NCBI RefSeq assembly: GCF_000400465.1 | Contig: NW_008806274.1 | Location: 57,319-89,318, forward strand | Source of the DNA: Wallemia ichthyophaga EXF-994 | Lineage: Eukaryota; Fungi; Basidiomycota | Length of the DNA stretch: 32,000 nucleotides | Direction: 5' to 3' | Shown: positions 24,227 to 32,000 of the stretch, one piece after another | Layout of the letters: every line of letters begins with the position of its first letter | How positions within the stretch are numbered: the first letter of the stretch is position 1 | The notes under the pieces: model-generated | Seen by the model: only the letters and a program-made list of their open reading frames with translations | The model's database searches: none | What the model was told of the DNA's origin: nothing | Made by a program: the position numbers and the translations under genes

Positions 24227-25344
24227 ATGCTCGTTAATTCATTTAAATTGCCAAACCACGCACAGCAACTACCACCAATCCAAGTATCCTACCCAACTCA
24301 ACTCACAACCTTCTCAATCAACAAAGATAGATATATTTTGTATAATAATTCTCAATTATCTTATTATAATGATGCTAGATTGAGTATTGGCAGTGACTTG
24401 AATTTTGGCGTTGAAGGGATGGTTTTCAATGAAAATATTGAACACCTAGACAACCTATTACTGGCAATTGATCATTATAAATTAGATTGGTGGTCTTATA
24501 ACGTTATCACCTTCAGAGGCATCCTCACTAAGCTAACAACGGCTTTGTACAACTACGATGACAACTGGTGTCTCAATTGTATGCTCATCCACAATTCCAT
24601 ATTTATCAGCGACAATTCACCACCAGCTAAACCATCCTCAGAATGGCACAAAAGGGCCATGTACAATGGCTACGCCTTCGAAGGTCTAGCCACTGGTGCA
24701 CCTCACACTCCGACAAACAATTCGGCTCAATGGGCAACTATCAATAAACTACGCTTTGGTAAACACAAGATTCTAACTGCAGGGGAAGTTGATTGTGCGT
24801 CTACCGATCAATTCCATCAACAACACCTCTACACTCCCCATCAAGATGACTACATTGAACTTAAGACATCCATTCAAATCCAATCCCCCGCCCAACAAGA
24901 CCGATTCGATCAGAAGCTGCTCAAGTTTTACTTTCAGAGTTATCTATTAGGTGTCCCAGTTAGTTTGAGTAAGGGTGAAAATATTCACTAACAACCACTT
25001 AGAAAATAGTTGTCGGATTCAAAAACAAAAGCGGTATTCTAGTCGATGTGAAGGAGTACGATACGCTATCACTCCCTAATCTCGTTCGCGGGAGTAACTA
25101 CGCATGGAACCACAAAACCTGCACTAGTCTTGCCGAAATGCTGATTGAGTTTGTGCGCGAGACCATCACGTCTATTGGGGATGAAAGCAAGATGTACAAA
25201 GTGTTTTACAGCGCAGCTGATCGCACAATCTCAATCCAAGTCACTCATCTCGATGACATCTCTTACCCCACTCCCGACCCTTTCCCGCGGTATGGCTTCA
25301 TGCCTGCTCATTTGCATGCACGTATGCGCGAATGTGTGCGCTAG
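24227..25344 (+). CDS. RAI1: Rai1/DXO decapping exonuclease family
   Basis: VITFRGILTKL, YNGYAFEGLAT, GEVDC, YIELKTS, KLLKFYFQSYLLGVP/KIVVGF. Intron 24959-25002. Confidence 0.88.
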
Positions 25345-25443
25345 TTTGCTAGTTTTCCAATATGCGCATATATATCCGTGTTATCGTCTTGTTCGACTAT
25401 TACATTCCCGTTTCTATCCTTTTTCTAGAGCATTAGCACCCAC

Positions 25444-26385
25444 TCATTGACCTTGCACCTCTTTCACCCCCCACTCCCCATCAAATGACTTGATATCCCA
25501 CTCAGACACGCCAATACCACCGCCAAGCTCAATCCACTTATCCGACATCTTCTTTTTACGCTCATCGACGAAATCCATAAGCTGTGACCAGTATTTATCG
25601 TGATCGTAGACACTCAAATCGACATTCCCGCCAAAACTGTCCTCTAGCTGAGATTTATCTACCACATGCGAGACGTCATTCGAGAAGGACAGTTTCTCTC
25701 TGGTAACGGGGTCGAGGAGGGGCGAGATAATTTTAAACATCCACGTGACGACGGCTGGAAGGTTAATAACGAAAGCAGTTCCCAGTGTTTCTGGGTAATG
25801 ATCGGCTAGGGCATAAAGTACGCCTTTTGACGTGGCGAGCGACGGACCCTTAGCCTTCTTAGCGTAATTGATAAGCAGACTGACGGTTTCCACGCCTCTC
25901 GGAGCGCATATTTTAGCCAATTCGAGCATAAAGAAAGCATGATCAGTTTGCCGGGTGCTCTCCTCTGTGTTCTGTCTATCCGGCTTCATGTACCAGAGGG
26001 GGCGGGCCAAGTTATCGAATCCGCACAGGAGCTGCTTGCCCGTGAGCTGCTCGGGTGCTATATAGTCGCCGCTCATCAATTTGCCTCCCTCGTTGAGTCC
26101 TATAGTGCGACGCCAGATTAGGGTCTTTTGTAATCGCTCGATCGTCGTCACAGTGTTCCATCTCGTCGCTCGCAGATAGCGCAACATGCATTCTCTAGTT
26201 AAGAATCGCTCTTCTACCCCGCTTATTCCCGCAGGAGTATTATCATTCTCGCTCATAGGGAGAGTGTTGAGTTGGCGCATCGCTGTTAGCACCAAATCAT
26301 ACTTTTCCTCTTGCTCACCCGTCAGCGCTGCTGGCTTTTGCGGCGGTTTTGCGCTGCTTGGTGGGTGTATTGGAAGATCGATCAT
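25444..26385 (-). CDS. PDR16: CRAL-TRIO/Sec14-like lipid transfer protein, Pdr16/Pdr17 (Sfh3/4) type
   Basis: LTRECMLRYLRATRW, TGKQLLCGFD..RPLWYMKPDRQNT, HYPETLG, ISPLLDPVTREKL. Intronless. Confidence 0.88.
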   Translation of the reverse strand: MIDLPIHPPSSAKPPQKPAALTGEQEEKYDLVLTAMRQLNTLPMSENDNTPAGISGVEERFLTRECMLRYLRATRWNTVTTIERLQKTLIWRRTIGLNEGGKLMSGDYIAPEQLTGKQLLCGFDNLARPLWYMKPDRQNTEESTRQTDHAFFMLELAKICAPRGVETVSLLINYAKKAKGPSLATSKGVLYALADHYPETLGTAFVINLPAVVTWMFKIISPLLDPVTREKLSFSNDVSHVVDKSQLEDSFGGNVDLSVYDHDKYWSQLMDFVDERKKKMSDKWIELGGGIGVSEWDIKSFDGEWGVKEVQGQ

Positions 26386-26479
26386 GGCAGACGCGGTGAG
26401 AGGTGCGTGTACATATATATAAACATAAATATCATTACAATGCCATCAAATTGAAAAAAAATCAAGCAAATCAAATGAC

Positions 26480-28154
26480 TCACGCTTTCCCGGAATATTC
26501 CCCAGAAGCGTAATTATCATTAGACATTCCCCCGATGCTCCTCTTCCTGGCCTCGATAATCTCCCTATACACTCCATCATGCCCATGGGCGTCTTTCGAG
26601 TCATGTGAATGCTTGATGCGTTTCAACTCGCTAACGAAGCTCGTTCCCCAGAAGGAGCTAGTATATTTACTAACGTATTTGAAAAGTTTAGCGTGCTTCT
26701 CAGCGCGTTCCTCCGCCGACATGGTGACAGCTTCATGGATGGCGGTAGCCATTTCAGCGATATTCCAAGGATTGACGATACGTGCGCCATGGAAAGACTG
26801 TGCAGCGCCTGCGAATTCGCTAAGTATCATAACTCCATGATTAGCGCATTGCGTGGAAATATACTCATAGCTGACCAGATTCATCCCGTCGCGCGTGCTG
26901 CTCACGAGACATGCATCGCTAATCGCGTACAGCGCGCAAAGTTCATCGAAAGTGAGTGACTTGTGCATAAAGTGAATGGGCATGAACTCGACTGTACCGA
27001 ACCGACCGTTTATACGACCTACTAACTCGTTCACACGCGCACGAAGCGTCTGATACTCCTCAACTCCTCCCCGTGAAGGAATCGCGAGTTGCACTAGCAC
27101 TACCTTGCCAATCCACTCGGGGTGCTGCTGGAGGAATACTTCCAAGGCGTGCAGCTTCTGTGGTACACCTTTTATATAGTCGAGTCGATCTACCCCGCAA
27201 ATTATCTTCACACCCTCGAATCGCTTCCGAAGTGCTTCGATACGTCGCACCACCCCAGGCGTCTCAAGCATCTCGATAAACTGACTGGGCTCTATGCCAA
27301 TAGGGAAAGTGCCACAGTGGACGAAACGAGCACCGAATTGAACACCGTTGGGTAGGGCACTAAGACCGAGGATGCGGGTGCATGAGCTGAGAAAGTGCCT
27401 TGCATAGTCATATGTATGGAAACCGACGAGATCGCAGTGAAGAATACCAAGGAGAATTTCCCTTCTGACAGGTAGAATTCTGTAGATTTCCGAGCTGGGA
27501 AAGGGAGTGTGGAGGAACCAGCCAATTTTGACACCGTGTTTCGGGTGAACGTTGTCTACAACGACGCCATCAATACCTCTATGCAAACGATCGAGTTCTT
27601 TATGCGTTTCATGACCAACGTTGTTCTTCTCGATCAAACCACGAAGCATCATAGGCAGGAGCATAAGGTGGTAGTCCTGGACCCAGACAAGGTCACCGGA
27701 GCGGACCTGGCTAGTGACGACCTGAGCAAACATGGCATTGGCTGCGCGATAAGCAAACCAGTTGGTCTCGTCAAAGTTCATTTCACCTGGGTGGTAGTGG
27801 AAGAGTGGCCAAATCATTTCATTAGCGAATCCATTGTAGTACTTGTCAGCGATGTTGTCTGGGAGGAAGACAGGCTGGCACGAGTATTCATCGCGCAGTC
27901 GCTGTGTAACGTGGTCGTGGTCAGCTTCGGGGATTTCGATGCCCAGCCAGCCAATCCAGGTGAAATCCATCTGCTTCTTGCAGCCACTCAATGCGGAAAC
28001 CAAGCCACCGCTGGATAACTTGAATTCATCTGAGTTGTCGTGTGAGCGTGTGTGTGCTACACGTGGTTCACTCACACTCCCCGTCAAATCTACGAGATAC
28101 AGTCACAGGGAGCCTGTTGGAAACAACGATAAGCCTATTGGTAGACGTGGACAT
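26480..28154 (-). CDS. TPS1: Trehalose-6-phosphate synthase catalytic subunit (GT20)
   Basis: RLIVVSNRLPVT, SSGGLVSAL, WVQDYHLMLLP, GWFLHTPFPSSE, GVDRLDYIKGVP, RDGMNLVSYEY, LSEFAGAA. Exons 28154-28076 and 28029-26480. Confidence 0.97.
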
Positions 28155-28180
28155 TAGATGATGGTTGTTGACGATCAACG

Positions 28181-29384
28181 ATGAAAATCAAAGTAATTTA
28201 TTTGATTTTAACTATTTCAGCGGCCAGCGTAGCTGCTATGGCTGCTGTATTAGATCTCACGCCATCGAATTTCACCGACATCGTTGGTAGAGATAGCGGT
28301 GTTCTGGTGGAATTCTATACGCCGTGGTGTGGACATTGCAGTGGGTGGAAGTATCGCTGATTAGAGCCACACGCTTATAATTCAAAAGAGCAGCTAGAGC
28401 CGGTGTACAATCAATTGGCAGATTCATTCGCCCATTCAAACCAAATACACATAGCAAAAATTGACTCAGACGAATATAAAAAGTTTGTTAAGAGATGGTC
28501 TATCAATTCATATCCTAGTATGTCTGTTTTTGCCTTTTATATCTTCTAACTCTCTCACAGCCATTAAATACTTTCCACCAAACAATGGTCTTCCTGTTGA
28601 CTACACAGGAGATAGAGATATGAATGGTTTTATCTCCTTCATTAAACACCACTCTCACATACACCCACAATCATCACTCCCATCTCAATCATCGCGCTCC
28701 CCGGTTATTGACTTAACCGATGATAATTTTCATTCTTTTGTTTACGCAGACGCCTCCCTCAACACACTCATACTCTTCTATGCGCCCTGGTGCTCTCATT
28801 GCAAACGCATACTCCCCGCTTTCGACTCGCTCGGCATCTCTTTTTCCCGTGAAGACAGCTGTCAAGTGGCCAAGATAAACGTCGATGAGAGCTCAAATGC
28901 GGATATTCAGAGGAGTTTTAAGATTGGCTCACTTCCCACTTTAAAGTTAGTCAAAGGGTCTGGTGAGGTACTCCATTACGACAAGTCACGTACCCTTGAT
29001 GCTCTCGTGGACTACGTAAACACCCACTGCAACACCAATAGACAGATTGACGGTAATTTAAATGACAAAGCTGGCCTGGTGGAGGACTTGGACAGCTTAG
29101 TGGAGGTGTTTATGCGGGCAAGCGGTGAAAAGAGGTTGGAGATTGCTGAGACGACTGCTCAGGAGCTTGGTCAAGAGATGCACAGCTCGCCGCACACAAT
29201 TTACCTCCGCATAATGTCTAAAATCATCTCCCACGACGCACACTACATTCCCCGCGAAATTGGCAGACTCGGCAGGCTTCTCGGCTCGCAAATGCTAGAC
29301 ACCAAGAGGGATGAAATTCAAATAAAAATGAATATCCTCAACCACTTTTCTCGCTACCTGCACATTCTCCACACTGAACTATGA
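28181..29384 (+). CDS. Protein disulfide isomerase, TigA/ERp38 type (two thioredoxin domains plus ERp29-like helical domain)
   Basis: Signal peptide [19 protein letters not shown], active sites WCGHC and WCSHC, C-terminal HTEL. Exons 28181-28340, 28389-28517, 28561-29384. Confidence 0.9.
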
Positions 29385-29498
29385 AAAACGTGATCATAAC
29401 AAATTTTACAATTAATTTAAAGTGACGTTCATCGTGCCTATTTTCATCCCGATCATCCGCATTTCGTCTTCTCGCTTCCAACTCCATCACAAACCACG

Positions 29499-32000
29499 AT
29501 GACTGCAGAGGACACAGTCTACGTGAACTCTGAGCAGCAGCCGCTGCTCCATGAACATAGCAGCACCAGCACCTCTATCCGACGCAGCAAGAAATGCTAC
29601 TGTAGCGTCTTGGGTGTGGTAGTTGCCGCATGTCTTTGGATCTGGCTACTCTTCTGGTTCCTGTCCGGCAATGCTCCACCCACTGGCATTCAACTTGGCC
29701 ACATCAAGCCAAATGCCACTTACTACGACGAGAAGGGTGGCCGCACTATTCTCGTCGGTGATATCCACGGAATGCTTACTCCATTTGAGTGAGTTGGCGT
29801 GTTTCTATTGGTTTTACCTTTTTTTTAACTTTTTTTTTTTTAGGAACCTCCTCTACGAATTAGACTACGATCAGGACAAAGACACGCTTATTGCGCTCGG
29901 TGATGTGATCGCCAAAGGTTCAAATTCCCAAGGAGTTTTAAACAAATTAGTTGAATTAGATGCACTCGCCGTGCGCGGCAATCACGACCAATTAGTCGTA
30001 GAATGGCGCGCTTTCCTCGACCAAGTGGAGAGTGTTAAAGGTGGTGAAGAATGGATCGCGATGGGATGCCCTAAGCGTCTCCGCCCAACTGGCGCGATGA
30101 AGCTTCCTAAGCACATGAAGACAAACACCCCTCACTTCCACATCGCACGTAACCTCACCCCGCACACCAAGGAGTTCCTCTACAACACCCCGCTCTACAT
30201 CCACTTGCCTGACTACGACATGTACGCGGTGCACGCGGGTATGTTATCGGAGGACCCTACAAAGCCTCTCTCAACGTCCAACCCACCTTTCTTAAAGACA
30301 GGTCGCGGCGAGATTGACGTCTTCTCCATTCCCCAAAACAACCCAAAGAGTCTCGTTGAAATGCGCAGTATCGACTTGCACGGTAATCCTACACCAGACG
30401 ACGATGCCGGGCCTGCATGGTACAACTACTGGAACTTCGACATGAGCGGTTGTCGCGAAGAGGACGGATGCACTCCTCAACGTGTTTCGTACGGTCACGC
30501 TGCCGGACGCGGGCTCGACCTGAATGCATACACTTTCGGACTCGACACAAGATGCTATGGCGCGGGCAGACTCTCCGCACTCGTTCTCACTGCTGACAGA
30601 AAGGCGCAGACAGACTGTCACCGCAACCCACACCAATGCCACGGTGCATATGAAGACTACCAGGATGGTTATGAGGATGTGGACGTCTGTGGCGACTGCG
30701 AAGATTGCGATGAATACAGCTACAGCGGCGACTGCGACGATTGTGACGATTCGCTTGACTGCGACGACGACTACAACTACGACGACGACGATAACCTCGT
30801 AGCTAGCCGCCGCTGCTGCCACCACTGCTGCTGCTGCCACCACCGCCACTCGCACGGCCACTACAAGCACGGCAAACACGGAAAGAGTGGTAAGAAGGGC
30901 AAGAAGGGCAAGAAAGGCAAGCACGGTAAACACGGCAAGTCTGGCAAACACGGTAAACACGCTGACGATGGTGACGATGGTGACGATGGCCAAGATGGCG
31001 ATGACGGTCAAGACGGCGACGATGGCCACCATGGCTTCCCAGGTCATCCAGGTCGTCCGGGACACGGCGGTCACAGTCACGACGGTTATCCAGGCTACCC
31101 AGGTCGTCCAGGCCACGGTGGTAACGGTGGTCACGGTGGACATGGCCACGATGGTGAAGATGGCGACGATGGCCGTGATGGCTACCCAGGTCGCCCAGGT
31201 CGTCCAGGCCACGGTGGTAACGGTGGTCACGGTGGACATGGCCACGATGGTGAAGATGGCGACGATGGCCGTGATGGCTACCCAGGTCGCCCAGGTCGTC
31301 CAGGCCACGGTGGTAACGGTGGTCACGGTGGACATGGCCACGATGGTGAAGATGGCGACGATGGCCGTGATGGCTACCCAGGTCGCCCAGGTCGTCCAGG
31401 CCACGGTGGTAACGGTGGTCACGGTGGACATGGCCACGATGGTGAAGATGGCGACGATGGCCGTGATGGCTACCCAGGTCGCCCAGGTCGTCCAGGCCAC
31501 GGTGGTAACGGTGGTCACGGTGGACATGGCCACGATGGTGAAGATGGCGACGATGGCCGTGATGGCTACCCAGGTCGCCCAGGTCGTCCAGGCCACGGTG
31601 GTAACGGTGGTCACGGTGGACATGGCCACGATGGTGAAGATGGCGACGATGGCCGTGATGGCTACCCAGGTCGCCCAGGTCGTCCAGGCCACGGTGGTAA
31701 CGGTGGTCACGGTGGACATGGCCACGATGGTGAAGATGGCGACGATGGCCGTGATGGCTACCCAGGTCGCCCAGGTCGTCCAGGCCACGGTGGTAACGGT
31801 GGTCACGGTGGACATGGCCACGATGGTGAAGATGGCGACGATGGCCGTGATGGCTACCCAGGTCGCCCAGGTCGTCCAGGCCACGGTGGTAACGGTGGTC
31901 ACGGTGGACATGGCCACGATGGTGAAGATGGCGACGATGGCCGCGATGGCTACCCAGGCTACCCAGGTTACCCAGGTCGTCCAGGCCACGGTGGCAAGGG
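29499..32000 (+). CDS. PPN2: Type II membrane ApaH/Ppn2-like metallophosphoesterase (putative vacuolar endopolyphosphatase) with long Cys/His- and Gly-X-Y-rich extension; 3' end beyond the window
   Basis: PPP-type motifs GDIHG, GDVIAKG, RGNHD, VHAG, YGHAAGRGL and GLDTRC, preceded by an EQQPLL dileucine motif and one TM helix. Intron 29789-29843; exon 2 has no stop from 29844 to 32000 (at least 815 aa in total). Confidence 0.85.
30871..32000 (+). repeat. Collagen-like Gly-X-Y region (about 117 triplets, periodic 2-residue interruptions)
   Basis: Hand translation: GKH GKS GKK GKK GKK GKH GKH GKS GKH GKH ADD GDD GDD GQD GDD GQD GDD GHH GFP GHP GRP GHG GHS HD GYP GYP GRP, then the 32-aa repeat. 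Confidence 0.9.
31108..31980 (+). repeat. 96-bp coding minisatellite: 8 apparently identical units (31108-31875) plus one 105-bp variant unit
   Basis: Unit starts at 31108, 31204, 31300, 31396, 31492, 31588, 31684, 31780 and 31876. Each encodes PGHGGNGGHGGHGHDGEDGDDGRDGYPGRPGR. Confidence 0.97.

Noticed and set aside
24227-24560. AT-rich 5' part of RAI1 as a foreign insertion
   Set aside because: The translation aligns with the normal Rai1 N-terminal motifs (TFS...SLxYY...DL..G...EHLDxLL).
28193-28220. GTAATT...TTTCAG look-alike intron at the PDI start
   Set aside because: It is only 28 nt, and splicing gives an immediate stop. Unspliced, it encodes the hydrophobic signal peptide.
31108-31980. 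Tandem array as a possible CRISPR or telomeric/satellite repeat
   Set aside because: There are no unique spacers, the unit length is a multiple of 3 in an open frame, the context is eukaryotic and no cas genes are present.
30292-31989. 565-aa hydrophobic Thr/Val/Ala/Trp-repeat ORF on the minus strand
   Set aside because: It is the codon-aligned antisense shadow of the Gly/His/Asp repeat. Antisense stops need sense TTA/CTA/TCA, which this composition lacks. The + frame is continuous with a recognisable enzyme.

Overview
Eukaryotic DNA from a very compact fungal genome. Basidiomycete-type Mpk1, Tps1 and Gap1 proteins, 43-59 nt introns and tiny intergenic gaps are reminiscent of Wallemia (inference, not verified). 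By hand-splicing I reconstruct 20 protein-coding genes with 38 introns, mostly housekeeping: PNO1, ketopantoate reductase, TRS31, MDL1-like ABC transporter, Slt2/Mpk1 MAPK, dynactin p25, MFAP1, PHB1, SmG, MAM3/CNNM, TAF1, 6PGD, RPC53, AVT3/4, RasGAP Gap1, RAI1/DXO, PDR16-like Sec14, TPS1, TigA/ERp38 PDI and a Ppn2/ApaH-like metallophosphoesterase. I saw no tRNA, rRNA, transposon or CRISPR. The standout is the last gene, whose long second exon is absent from the ORF track (it has no stop before the window end). It encodes a type II membrane Ppn2-like polyphosphatase whose frame continues without a stop into an Asp/Cys segment, a CCHHCCCCHH cluster and about 117 Gly-X-Y triplets. The triplets comprise a Lys/His block, an Asp block and a nucleotide-identical 96-bp His/Gly/Asp/Pro minisatellite. 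Secondary oddities are a 1-nt stop-to-start junction (TRS31/PAN5), head-to-head genes 26-45 nt apart, a 7-nt MAPK microexon and splice donors dominated by GTGGGT with no GTAAGT.
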